The notes beneath the pieces are model-generated. The model was given only the letters and a program-made list of their open reading frames with translations. It searched no databases and was not told where the DNA came from. Below, piece by piece: positions 35,197 through 44,864 of a DNA stretch of 64,000 nt (position 1 is its first letter; every line of letters starts with the position of its first letter). The DNA is from Candidatus Howiella intestinavium (GTDB taxonomy: Bacteria > Bacillota > Clostridia > Oscillospirales > Acutalibacteraceae): the NCBI GenBank assembly GCA_904420585.1, contig CAJFVX010000021.1, positions 19,319 to 83,318 on the forward strand. The letters are read 5' to 3'. A program made the translations under genes and the position numbers.

Positions 35197-38100
35197 ATGG
35201 AATTCAGGAAAAAAGGCTACATGCGTCTGGCCGCTTTGCTGCTGACATTCTGTCTTCTGACTACGGGCGCAGGCGTAAACGCCTGGGCTGCGGAAGGGGA
35301 CGAAGACGGCGCCGCGGCGGCTGCGGATGCGGGGACGGGGACGTCAGGGCTGAACTCGGCCCTGGAGGAACTGTTGCAGCATGAGGATTCCGGCGAGGAT
35401 GAAAACGCCGCAGAGGGCACCGATCTGGAATACCTTGACGTGGAAGCCACATATGAATCGATCGAGAGCTACGGCCTGACTGAGGCGGATACCATCACCC
35501 TGCAGGCCGACGCCGCTGCCAAGACGGACGGGACTGCGCCGACCTTTACCCAGACCGACCCTGCCTATGAGGGTGGGATGGCTGTTTTGTCGGACGAAGC
35601 CACCGGCTCTTTGTCCTGGCAGGTGACCGTGCCCAAGACGGGACTATACGACATCCATATCGACTACCTCCCTACCGTGGATGATAAATCGGACATCCAA
35701 CGGAAGATTGCTTTCGACGGGGCGCTGCCCTTTGACGAAAGTGGTAACATCGGCTTCCTGCGGGCCTGGACCGAAGAGGCCGACCCGGTGCTGGATGCCA
35801 ACGGCGATGAAATCAAGCCCAAGCTGGCCCAGGTGGCCGGATGGGATACCAATAAAGTGACCGACGTAGACGGCATGATTGAGACCCCCTTCCGCTATCT
35901 GCTGACCGCCGGCACCCATACCCTTACGCTGGAGTATGTCAACGCCGACATGTATGTGGGCGATATCCGGCTGGTTCCCTCAGAAGAATACAAGACCTAC
36001 GCCGAGGTTAAGGCGGAATATGAAGCCAACGGCTACACCGAGTATACGGGCGAGCCTGTCCGCCGGGAGGGCGAGGAGTCGGAATACCGCTCCAGCCAGA
36101 TCCTCCGCCGGGAGGCCAATTCCGATCCCGGCACCACCCCGTATGTCCGCGGCCATGTGAAGCTGAATACCATCGGCGGCTACAACTGGCGCGCAGGCAA
36201 CCAGCTGGTGGAATGGGTCATCGACGTGCCGGCAGATGGGCTGTATAAGCTGAATATGCGCATCTTCCAGAACCACGGCGAAGGCCTGAACGTACATCGG
36301 CAGATCACCATTGACGGCGAGGTGCCCTTTGCAGAGGTGGCCGCCTACGCATTTGGCTATTCCTCCAAGTGGCAGAACGAGACCATCTGCGACGCCGAGG
36401 GCAATCCCTACCTTTTCTATCTGACGGCGGGACAGCATGTGCTGGGCGTGCAGGTAAAGATGGGCGATTCCGCAGACGTCATCAACGGGCTGCTGGATAT
36501 CAATAATGATATGTCCCAGCTTATCCGGAATATCACCCGGGTGACCGGTTCGGAGCCCGACGCCAACTTCGACTATCAGCTGGAGGCCAAGGTGCCTTCC
36601 CTCATGGAGCAGATGACCGACCTGCGGGATCGGTACCGCTATTATGTGGACTTCCTGACCACCCATTCCCGCAAGGTCCCCACCCTGGCCAACTCCCTGA
36701 ATACGGCGGCGGATCAGCTGGACTACCTGATTGAGCGGCCCAAGAAAATCCCCGCCAAGCTGGATGAGCTGACTACAACCCAGACCAGCGTCTCCACCTG
36801 GTATTACAACATCCAGGACCAGCCTATGATGATCGACTATGTGCAGTTTGTGGCGCCGGCCGAAGAGGTCAAGATGCCCAAGAGCAGCATCTGGGAAAAG
36901 ATCGCCGGCACCTGTGTGAACTTTGCGCTTTCCTTTGTCAAGGATTACGACAGCGTTATGTATGTGAGCACCACCGGTGAAGAACTCTTCGAGGGTGAAG
37001 CGCTGGACGTCTGGGTGGCCCGCAGCAAGGAAATGTGTGAAATCATCCAGCAGATGGCTTCGGAGGAATTCACCCCCGAATCCCATATCGGCGTTGCGGT
37101 CAACGTGCTCCCCAGCGGTTCGGTGGGCGCCGTCGGCAGCGTCAGCCCCCTGATGCTGGCGGTTATCTCGGGCAATGTGCCGGATATCGCCCTGGGCAGT
37201 GACTCCCAGACCCCTGTGGAGCTGGCCATCCGCGGCGCGGCCTATGACCTGAAGAATTTTGAGGGGTATGACGAGGTGGCGTCCTGGTTCCTGCCCGGCG
37301 CCCTGGAGCCTATGTCCTATCAGCAGAAGGATGCGTCCGAGCCCGGCCAGTACGCCCTGCCCGAAAACATGGACTTTAAGGTCATGTTCTACCGGACGGA
37401 TATCATGGAGGAGATCGGCGCCAAGGTGCCCGATACCTGGACGGAACTCTACAACGAGGTCCTGCCCATCCTGGATCAGAACGGCATGATGTTCTATATG
37501 GCGTCGGATTACGCCCCCTTCCTCTTCCAGCTGGGCGGCGACTACTACAACGAGGACAAGACCGCCACGGCTTTGGACAGCGATGTAGCTTACCAGGCCT
37601 TCCTGCAGTGGACCCGGAACTACACGGTCTACGACTTTGAGACCACCGCCGATATCTACAACCATTTCCGTATCGGCGATATCCCGCTGGTCATCGGCGG
37701 CTATAATGATTACCTGAAGATTATGTACGCGGCGCCTGACCTGTACGGCCGCTGGATGATTGCCCCCATCCCCGGCACCGAGCAGGAGGACGGCACCATC
37801 GACCGGACGGCCGGCGGCGCCTCCACCACCCTGATGATGTTCACCGATTCCAAGCGGAAGGAAGATGCCTGGGAGTTCGCCAAGTGGTGGATGTCCGCGG
37901 ATGTGCAGTACAACTTCTCCACCGAGGTGGAAGCCACCATGGGCCAGGAGGCCCGTTGGAATTCGGCCAATGTGGAAGCCTTCTTCCGGCTGCCCTGGCA
38001 GAACGACCATGTGCCGGTCTTCCAGGAGATTTTCAGCCAGTTTGAAAACCAGCCCAATGCGCTGGGCGGCTATTACACCGCGCGTAACGTAACCAACGCC

Positions 38101-38232
38101 TGGACGCGCGTAGTCATGAATGACATGAATCCCCGGAAATCCTGGGAGCAGGCCATTGACGATATTTCCAACGAGATGCTGCGCAAGCAGATTGAGTACG
38201 GCTTTACCACGGAGGAAGAAGCGTACGAATAA
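35197..38232 (+). CDS. 1011-aa secreted solute-binding protein with two N-terminal CBM6/35-like modules
   Basis: ATG 7 nt after GGAAAGGGG. Type-I signal (VNAWA/AEG) and an acidic linker. Two beta-sandwich modules (GLYDIHIDY...YVGDIRL; GLYKLNMRI...VLGVQVKMG). The C-terminal ~450 aa is SBP-like (PDIALGS, YALPENMDFKVMFYRTD, PDTWTELY, AWEFAKWWMS). Confidence 0.85.
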   Translation: MEFRKKGYMRLAALLLTFCLLTTGAGVNAWAAEGDEDGAAAAADAGTGTSGLNSALEELLQHEDSGEDENAAEGTDLEYLDVEATYESIESYGLTEADTITLQADAAAKTDGTAPTFTQTDPAYEGGMAVLSDEATGSLSWQVTVPKTGLYDIHIDYLPTVDDKSDIQRKIAFDGALPFDESGNIGFLRAWTEEADPVLDANGDEIKPKLAQVAGWDTNKVTDVDGMIETPFRYLLTAGTHTLTLEYVNADMYVGDIRLVPSEEYKTYAEVKAEYEANGYTEYTGEPVRREGEESEYRSSQILRREANSDPGTTPYVRGHVKLNTIGGYNWRAGNQLVEWVIDVPADGLYKLNMRIFQNHGEGLNVHRQITIDGEVPFAEVAAYAFGYSSKWQNETICDAEGNPYLFYLTAGQHVLGVQVKMGDSADVINGLLDINNDMSQLIRNITRVTGSEPDANFDYQLEAKVPSLMEQMTDLRDRYRYYVDFLTTHSRKVPTLANSLNTAADQLDYLIERPKKIPAKLDELTTTQTSVSTWYYNIQDQPMMIDYVQFVAPAEEVKMPKSSIWEKIAGTCVNFALSFVKDYDSVMYVSTTGEELFEGEALDVWVARSKEMCEIIQQMASEEFTPESHIGVAVNVLPSGSVGAVGSVSPLMLAVISGNVPDIALGSDSQTPVELAIRGAAYDLKNFEGYDEVASWFLPGALEPMSYQQKDASEPGQYALPENMDFKVMFYRTDIMEEIGAKVPDTWTELYNEVLPILDQNGMMFYMASDYAPFLFQLGGDYYNEDKTATALDSDVAYQAFLQWTRNYTVYDFETTADIYNHFRIGDIPLVIGGYNDYLKIMYAAPDLYGRWMIAPIPGTEQEDGTIDRTAGGASTTLMMFTDSKRKEDAWEFAKWWMSADVQYNFSTEVEATMGQEARWNSANVEAFFRLPWQNDHVPVFQEIFSQFENQPNALGGYYTARNVTNAWTRVVMNDMNPRKSWEQAIDDISNEMLRKQIEYGFTTEEEAYE

Positions 38233-38271
38233 CCCCGGGTTCATTACATTAGGAAAAAAGGTGAGATGTAA

Positions 38272-39246
38272 GTGATTAGTAGCGCTAACACCAAGGTCAC
38301 CGGCGCAGGAGCGGCAGCGGTCGAGAAAAAGGCACCCAAGCCCAAGCGGAAGAATAAGCTGCTCAGCGGTTATGCCCGGGACAAAATTTCCGGCTACCTG
38401 ATGGCCGCCCCCTTTATCATCCTCTTTATCATCTTCATTGTTGTGCCGGTTATATGGAGTTTGGTCATCAGCCTGACCCATTACAACATCGTGCAGCCCA
38501 TGACCTGGGCGGGACTGGACAACTACAGGGACCTGTTTACCAACGACGACCTGTTCATTACCGCATGTAAAAATACCTTTACATATGCGATTATCGTGGG
38601 CCCTGTGGGATTCCTGATGTCCTTTATCTTCGCCTGGCTTATCAACCAGCTGAAGTTCCGCAACGCTTTCGCCATGGCCTTCTACGCCCCCTCCCTGACG
38701 GGCGCCACCGCCATGTCGGTTATCTGGCTGGTGCTTTTCTCCAGCGACCGGTACGGCTACATCAACGATAAGCTGATCAGCCTGGGGCTCATCAGTGAGC
38801 CGATTTTGTGGAATACCGACCCCACTTACATCATGCCGGTTATCATTATCGTAGCCCTTTGGAGCAGCTTGGGCCAGGGCTTCTTAACCAACCTGGCCGG
38901 TTTGAACAATATCCCGGTAGACCGCTATGAGGCGGCGCAGATCGACGGCATCCGGAACAAGTTCCAGGAACTCATCTACATCACCCTGCCTTCGGTCAAG
39001 CCGCAGCTGCTGTTCAACGCCGTTATGGGCATTGTGGGTGCGCTGGGCGTATTCGACCTGGCCACCGGTATCGCCGGCTTCCCCAGCCCCGACTATGCGG
39101 CCCACACCATCGTGGCCCATATGTACGACTACGCCTTCCTGCGTTTTGAGCTGGGCTACGCGTCTGCTATCGCGTTTATCCTGTTTGTACTGAACTTTGG
39201 GCTTGGCAGAATATTTATGAAAATATTCTCCTCGAAAGGCGAATAG
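38272..39246 (+). CDS. ABC sugar permease, MalF/UgpA-type (pair 1)
   Basis: 6 TM. EAA loop RYEAAQIDGIRNKFQELIYITLPSVKP. Confidence 0.92.
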   Translation: MISSANTKVTGAGAAAVEKKAPKPKRKNKLLSGYARDKISGYLMAAPFIILFIIFIVVPVIWSLVISLTHYNIVQPMTWAGLDNYRDLFTNDDLFITACKNTFTYAIIVGPVGFLMSFIFAWLINQLKFRNAFAMAFYAPSLTGATAMSVIWLVLFSSDRYGYINDKLISLGLISEPILWNTDPTYIMPVIIIVALWSSLGQGFLTNLAGLNNIPVDRYEAAQIDGIRNKFQELIYITLPSVKPQLLFNAVMGIVGALGVFDLATGIAGFPSPDYAAHTIVAHMYDYAFLRFELGYASAIAFILFVLNFGLGRIFMKIFSSKGE

Positions 39247-39257
39247 GGGGGACGACG

Positions 39258-40148
39258 ATGCAGGCAGTCAACGTAAAGAAAATCAAAGTCAGAAAGTTCA
39301 GCTGGAAAAAGATCACCTTCGGCCGCGTGCTTTTCTACCTCATCATGATCGCCCTGGCCCTCTTCTTTCTCCTCCCGCTGATTTACATGGTGTGTACGGC
39401 CTTCAAGCCGCTGGATGAGTTGTTCCTCTTCCCGCCCACCTTCTTTGTGCGCCATCCAACCATGCAGAACTTCACCGACCTGGTGGCCACGCTGGACAGC
39501 AGCACCGTGCCCTTCACCCGGTACATTTTCAACAGCGTACTGGTGACGGTGGCTTCGGTTGTGGGCACGGTTATCGTCTGTTCCATGGGCGCCTTTGTGG
39601 CGGAGAAGCTGAGCCTGCGGGGCATGAAGCTCTTTGGCCAGATCGTCACCTACGCCCTGATGTTCTCGGTGCCGGCCGGCCAGATCCCCATCTACATCAT
39701 TATCAACAACATGGGCATGCTGGACACCTACTGGTCCCTCATCATTCCCAAGCTGGCTACTCCTATGTACTTCTTCCTCTATCAGCAGTTTGTTTCCCAG
39801 GTTCCCAACGAACTGCTGGAAAGCGCCAAGCTGGACGGCTGCGGCAACTTCCGGATCTTCATGAAGATTGTCCTTCCCATGACCAAGGCTGTTATCTCCA
39901 CCATCGTGGTTTTCGCCTTCGTGGCCAACTGGAACGACAGCTTCTCGGCCCTTATCTATATCAATAAGCAGGCCATGAAGACCGTCCCGCTGATTCTGAA
40001 TACCATCGGTTCCGGCGTAGGTACAGTGGCCCGGGCGGGCGCCCAGTCGGCGGCTGTATTCATCACGACCCTGCCGTCGATTCTGATTTCGGTCCTGATG
40101 GAGCGGAATATCTTAAAGGCCATGGCCTACTCCGGTATTAAGGGTTAA
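39258..40148 (+). CDS. ABC sugar permease, MalG/UgpE-type (pair 1)
   Basis: EAA loop LLESAKLDGCGNFRIFMKIVLPMTKA. 11-nt gap to the previous gene. Confidence 0.92.
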   Translation: MQAVNVKKIKVRKFSWKKITFGRVLFYLIMIALALFFLLPLIYMVCTAFKPLDELFLFPPTFFVRHPTMQNFTDLVATLDSSTVPFTRYIFNSVLVTVASVVGTVIVCSMGAFVAEKLSLRGMKLFGQIVTYALMFSVPAGQIPIYIIINNMGMLDTYWSLIIPKLATPMYFFLYQQFVSQVPNELLESAKLDGCGNFRIFMKIVLPMTKAVISTIVVFAFVANWNDSFSALIYINKQAMKTVPLILNTIGSGVGTVARAGAQSAAVFITTLPSILISVLMERNILKAMAYSGIKG

Positions 40149-40161
40149 GGGGGGGAAGACA

Positions 40162-42288
40162 ATGAATTGGAGTAAATTGAAACAAATCAGCCTCATATTT
40201 CTTGTCTTCATCCTCATGGCCGGCATGTTCGGCATGCAGGCCAGCGCCTACGATGAGCAGAACTATGTGCTGGACGCCGACGGCTACCAGCTGCCTATTC
40301 CGGTAACCTACAACGCCGAATCGGTCACCCGCTACCTCAGCGACGAGGCCGGGCAGCTCAGCAGCCCTACGGATATCTTTATCACCAAATCCGACCGGAT
40401 GTATATTGTGGACGGCGGCAACAACCGCATCGTCAGCATGAACTGCGACGGCACGGATGTGAAGACCTTCAGCAATTTCAGCGGCGAAACCCTTTCCAAT
40501 CCCAACGGCATCTATGTCTATGAGGATTCGGGGGACATGCTGATTGCCGATACCGACAACGGCCGCCTGCTGCTGACGGATAAGGACGGCAACCTGAAAA
40601 AGATTTACACCCAGCCGGAATCCGAGCTGTACGATAAGACCTATCCCTTCAAGCCCCTGAAGGTGGCGGTCAACCTTATCGGTCAGATCTATGTCATCAA
40701 CACCGATGACTACCACGGTTTTGTGGTGCTGGACGAGGCGGGCGAACTGCGGGGCTATATGGCGCCGACCAAGGTCCCCTTTGACCTGGTGTACAGGCTG
40801 GCCTCCATCTTCGCCACCGAGGAGCAGCTGTCCCGTATGGAGCAGCCCATGCCCCCGGTGCACACCAACCTGTTTATCGATGACGACAACTATATTTACA
40901 CCACCACCGGCCGGGGTGCGGACGAGGGGCAGCTGATGGTATTCTCCCCCGTGGGCAAGAATATCTATCCCTTTACCGGCGCCTTCGGCGAGGAGCGTAC
41001 CGACTACGTCCTGCGGCATTATAACGTCAATGCCGACTCCACCGAGCAGAACTTTGTGGACGTGGTTGTGGACGACGGCGGCATCGTGAGCATTCTGGAT
41101 TCGGTCACCGGCCGTATCTACCAGTATGACAGCGAGGGCAACAACCTGACCGTCTTCGGCGGCGTGGGCGTCTGGGAAGGCCGCTTCCAGGGCGCCTCGG
41201 GCATGGCCATGGACAGCCAAGGCAATATCTACGTTGTGGACCAGACCCAGTCCTCTCTGCATAAGTTTGTCCCCACCCAGTTCACCAATCTCATACATAC
41301 TGCCCTGGGCCTGTATTACGACGGCAAGTATGATGAGGCTGTGGAATACTGGGATCAGGTTTTGGAACTGAATCCCAACTACCCCATGGCCCACGTGGGA
41401 CGGGGCAATGCCTATCTGCGGAACGACCAGTACGAAGAGGCCATCGAAGAGTTCCGTCTGGCCGACAACAAGGCGGGCTATTCGGATGCCTTTGATGAAA
41501 ACGAACTGCAGTTTGTCCGGCAGAACTTTGCCTTTGTCCTCCTGGCCATCATTGCCATTGTAGTTCTTGTGGTGCTGCTGATTATGTACCTGCACAAGCG
41601 GTATAAGCAGACCTATGAGAAACAAAGCCGCATCAAGTGGTTCAACAACCGAGGGCGGCTGCAGATTCTGCTGGGATGTATTTTCGATCCCAACGAGGGC
41701 TTCCGCAACATTCGGCGGCACCGGCAGGATTACGATATTGTCATCCCGCTGATCATCTATGCGCTGATTTTTGTGGCCAAGTGCTTCTCCTTGTTTGTAA
41801 CCCATTACCCCTTCCAGGCCACCGACATCGCCCGGGTGAACTTGGCGCAGGAGACCCTTATGATATTCCTGCCGCTGCTGACCTGGGTTGTGGGCAACTA
41901 TCTGGTCACTACCATCCGCAGCGGTGAGGTAAAGATGCGGGAGGTTTTTAGTGCCTCGGCCTATTCCATGCTGCCCTATGTCATCATTACCATCCCGCTG
42001 GCCTGCGTATCCAACGTCATGTCCCTGAGCAGTTCGGGCATTTACAACGGCATTACCGTGATCATGTGGGTCTGGATTGGCATCCTCTTCTTTGCCAGCA
42101 CCATGTCCATGAACTCGTACCGGTTCTTTGAGACGGTGGGAATTATCATCATCGCCCTGTTTGCCTGTGTGTTCATGTGGGTCGTCTTCGCCATGATCTT
42201 CATGCTGGGCAATGAGGTGGTTTCCTTCTTCACCGGCATCTTTGAGAACTGGCAGGTATATTTCAGCATGCAGGGAGGTAACGTGTAA
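40162..42288 (+). CDS. NHL-repeat beta-propeller / TPR / Yip1-domain membrane protein (708 aa)
   Basis: Signal peptide. NHL-like repeats (PTDIFITKSDRMYIVDGGNNRIV, PNGIYVYEDSGDMLIADTDNGRLL, GMAMDSQGNIYVVDQTQSSLHKF). TPR (YYDGKYDEAVEYWDQVLELNPNYPMAHVGRGNAYL). A TM segment is followed by a multi-TM Yip1-like C-terminal domain. Confidence 0.8.
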   Translation: MNWSKLKQISLIFLVFILMAGMFGMQASAYDEQNYVLDADGYQLPIPVTYNAESVTRYLSDEAGQLSSPTDIFITKSDRMYIVDGGNNRIVSMNCDGTDVKTFSNFSGETLSNPNGIYVYEDSGDMLIADTDNGRLLLTDKDGNLKKIYTQPESELYDKTYPFKPLKVAVNLIGQIYVINTDDYHGFVVLDEAGELRGYMAPTKVPFDLVYRLASIFATEEQLSRMEQPMPPVHTNLFIDDDNYIYTTTGRGADEGQLMVFSPVGKNIYPFTGAFGEERTDYVLRHYNVNADSTEQNFVDVVVDDGGIVSILDSVTGRIYQYDSEGNNLTVFGGVGVWEGRFQGASGMAMDSQGNIYVVDQTQSSLHKFVPTQFTNLIHTALGLYYDGKYDEAVEYWDQVLELNPNYPMAHVGRGNAYLRNDQYEEAIEEFRLADNKAGYSDAFDENELQFVRQNFAFVLLAIIAIVVLVVLLIMYLHKRYKQTYEKQSRIKWFNNRGRLQILLGCIFDPNEGFRNIRRHRQDYDIVIPLIIYALIFVAKCFSLFVTHYPFQATDIARVNLAQETLMIFLPLLTWVVGNYLVTTIRSGEVKMREVFSASAYSMLPYVIITIPLACVSNVMSLSSSGIYNGITVIMWVWIGILFFASTMSMNSYRFFETVGIIIIALFACVFMWVVFAMIFMLGNEVVSFFTGIFENWQVYFSMQGGNV

Positions 42289-44849
42289 TGAGGAAAAGAT
42301 TAGTTACCGGACTGCTGGCGGCGGCTTTATCGGTTAACCTTCTGGCGGCGACGGCTCTGGCCGAACCCGCCCCGGCCGACGCCGCCGGCGCTGCGGCTGT
42401 CACCGAGCCCACCACCACCCAGGTGTCCTCTGATTTTGAGCTCATGGCCTCCAACGACCAGGCCGAGCTCTATGCCAGCGAGGAACTGGGGGCCGTGGCT
42501 GTCAAGGATCTGCGCAGCGGCTTTATCTGGTATTCCAACGTCCCCAGTGATACCTATGACCGCACCGGCCTGCAGGCCGCTCAGAGCCATCAGCTGGATT
42601 CGCTGGTTGTCCTGACCTATACCGAGCTGAATAACAACGACGCTTCCACTACCACCACGCCCATCAATGATATGGAGCCCGAGATTTCCACCGAGAAAAT
42701 CGATAACGGCGTCCGTATCAACTATCGGGTGGACGATATCAACCTGGAGATGAGCGTAGAGGCGGTTCTGGACGGCGGCGCTTTGGTGCTGTCCGTCCCC
42801 AACGACCGCATCCTGGAGGGCGAAGGCACGGTTGACCGGATGAACAATTATATCGAGAATATCGAGGAGTTCATCAACTATGCCAACGAGGCCCTGGATG
42901 AGGTGGAAAGCTACGACGTCCGGGGCACGGGATCGGATATCCGGAAATCCCGTTCCCGGCTCAAGGAGCTGCAGGGCATCGTGGACGATCTGACCTCGGT
43001 GGTCGGCGTGGCCGCCGCCCAATCCCAGGCCAAGATCATCCTGGAGGATGAACTGAAAACCTTTATGTGCGGCGGTACCAGCACCGTGGGTATTTACGGC
43101 CGCGTACAGAATGCGGACGTCCCCTCCAGCGTAAAGAGCACCTGGAGCGGCATGCAGATGGAGATCGAAAACTGCAGCTATGATTTCGGCCTGCTGGCCT
43201 CCATCAAGTACGGCGGTATTGTCAGCCTGGAGCTGGCGCCCAACCTGGGTGCCGCGGCCGATACCGAAGAGGGATATGTTTTTTATCCCGACGGATCCGG
43301 CGCCCTGACCTACAATACGGCCAGCCACGGATCCATGGCCGAAGTATACGAAGCCAGCCTGTACAGCGATCAGGATGTGGATATGTCCTGGGAAAACAAC
43401 CGGGATTCCACCGGGCTCAAGCGGGCGATGCTGCCGGTTTTCGGCGTCAAGAAGAACAGCCACGCCTACGTGGCCATTGTGGAGGACGGGGACACCGACG
43501 CTAGCCTGCGGTTTGTTCCCAGCGGCAACAATGTCAACCTGAACCGGGTAAGCGCTTCTTTTGTTTACCGCAATGAGGTGCAGGTCACCTCTTCCAGCCA
43601 GTACGCCACCGGCGTGGCCACCATCTACAACAAGGAACGAATGGAGACCCAGCCCAAAGTCCGCTATGTTTTCCTGGACGGGGAGAATGCCGACTACAGC
43701 GGCATGGCCAATACCTATCGGGACTACCTGCTGGAAAAGGGCCAGCTGGAAAAGAGCGACCTGGTCACCGATGAGCTGCCTTTGGCCATCGATATTTATG
43801 GTTACACCCTCAAGTCAATGCTTTTCTTCAAGCAGGTCATGCCCCTTTCCACCTTTGAGGAAATGAACCAGATTGTCAACGAGTTGAACGACGCGGGGAT
43901 TACCAACACCTTCCTGCATATTCAGCAGTGGGATCGCAACGAGGATCCCAACGGCTTCAAGGTGCCCGGCAAACTGGGCGGGGCCGACGGGCTCCGGCAG
44001 CTGGTGGAGAATACCCGCAATATCGGCGGCCATGTTTTCCTGCAGACCGATATGGTGGACGCCGATACGGATGAGCACAGCATCAGCAATTCCCGTCTGG
44101 CCTACGACAACAACCTGAAGATTTACGAGTACCAGACCATGTGGCTGAAGCTGTTCTCGCCCGTATATGTGCAGAGCCAGATGGCCTCTTATCTGAAGGA
44201 TGTGGACAGCCTGGGCAATCCCGGCGTGGGCCAGTACCGGATGGGCTCCATGATCTACAATGACTACAATACCCGCAACGCCGCCACCCGCGACGATACC
44301 GCCCAGATCTGGAACGATATCTATCGCACCACGCAGGAGCAGACCGAGACGACCTCCTACTCCGGCAACGCCTATCTGCTGAATGGGACCGACTGGCTGC
44401 AGGATATCCCCATGAGCTCCACGGGCTATATCTTCTCGGATGAGTCCATCCCCTTCTACCAGATGGTGGTGCACGGCCTTATCCCCTACAGCGCCAAGCC
44501 CTTCAACCACTTCTACGACGCCGACCGGGAAAAGCTGCAGACCATTGAGTACGGCGCCATCCCGCTGTACAAAATCACCTACCGGGATTCCACCGACCTG
44601 CGCGAGCTGTTCTACGGCTTCACCACCCCCTATTCCTCGGTGAAGGACGGCATGATCGAGGTATACAACGAGATGAACAGCCGGCTGAGCCACCTTTATA
44701 CCCAGTATATCGTGGATCATCAGCGGGTGACCGACGATGTGGTGGTGGAAACCTTCAGCGGCGGGCAGAAGCTGTACATCAACTACTCGGAAGAAGACTA
44801 CACCCTGGACGGCGTAACCATTCCCGCCCTGGATTATGTGGTACAGTAA
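42288..44849 (+). CDS. 853-aa secreted protein of unknown function (possibly DUF5696-like, glycoside-hydrolase-like)
   Basis: TAATG overlap with the previous gene. Signal peptide LLAATALA/EP. Barrel-like segments are NTFLHIQQWDRNEDPNGFKVPGKLGG and IPFYQMVVHGLIPYSAKPFN. The family assignment comes from memory only. Confidence 0.7.
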   Translation: MRKRLVTGLLAAALSVNLLAATALAEPAPADAAGAAAVTEPTTTQVSSDFELMASNDQAELYASEELGAVAVKDLRSGFIWYSNVPSDTYDRTGLQAAQSHQLDSLVVLTYTELNNNDASTTTTPINDMEPEISTEKIDNGVRINYRVDDINLEMSVEAVLDGGALVLSVPNDRILEGEGTVDRMNNYIENIEEFINYANEALDEVESYDVRGTGSDIRKSRSRLKELQGIVDDLTSVVGVAAAQSQAKIILEDELKTFMCGGTSTVGIYGRVQNADVPSSVKSTWSGMQMEIENCSYDFGLLASIKYGGIVSLELAPNLGAAADTEEGYVFYPDGSGALTYNTASHGSMAEVYEASLYSDQDVDMSWENNRDSTGLKRAMLPVFGVKKNSHAYVAIVEDGDTDASLRFVPSGNNVNLNRVSASFVYRNEVQVTSSSQYATGVATIYNKERMETQPKVRYVFLDGENADYSGMANTYRDYLLEKGQLEKSDLVTDELPLAIDIYGYTLKSMLFFKQVMPLSTFEEMNQIVNELNDAGITNTFLHIQQWDRNEDPNGFKVPGKLGGADGLRQLVENTRNIGGHVFLQTDMVDADTDEHSISNSRLAYDNNLKIYEYQTMWLKLFSPVYVQSQMASYLKDVDSLGNPGVGQYRMGSMIYNDYNTRNAATRDDTAQIWNDIYRTTQEQTETTSYSGNAYLLNGTDWLQDIPMSSTGYIFSDESIPFYQMVVHGLIPYSAKPFNHFYDADREKLQTIEYGAIPLYKITYRDSTDLRELFYGFTTPYSSVKDGMIEVYNEMNSRLSHLYTQYIVDHQRVTDDVVVETFSGGQKLYINYSEEDYTLDGVTIPALDYVVQ

Positions 44850-44864
44850 GAGGAGGCGAACGGA

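Noticed and set aside
35980-38481. 833-aa minus-strand ORF, plus 40138-41805, 42327-43463 and 43815-44720 (-)
   Set aside because: They lie antisense to the SBP, NHL-TPR-Yip1 and 853-aa genes and are low-complexity shadow ORFs.
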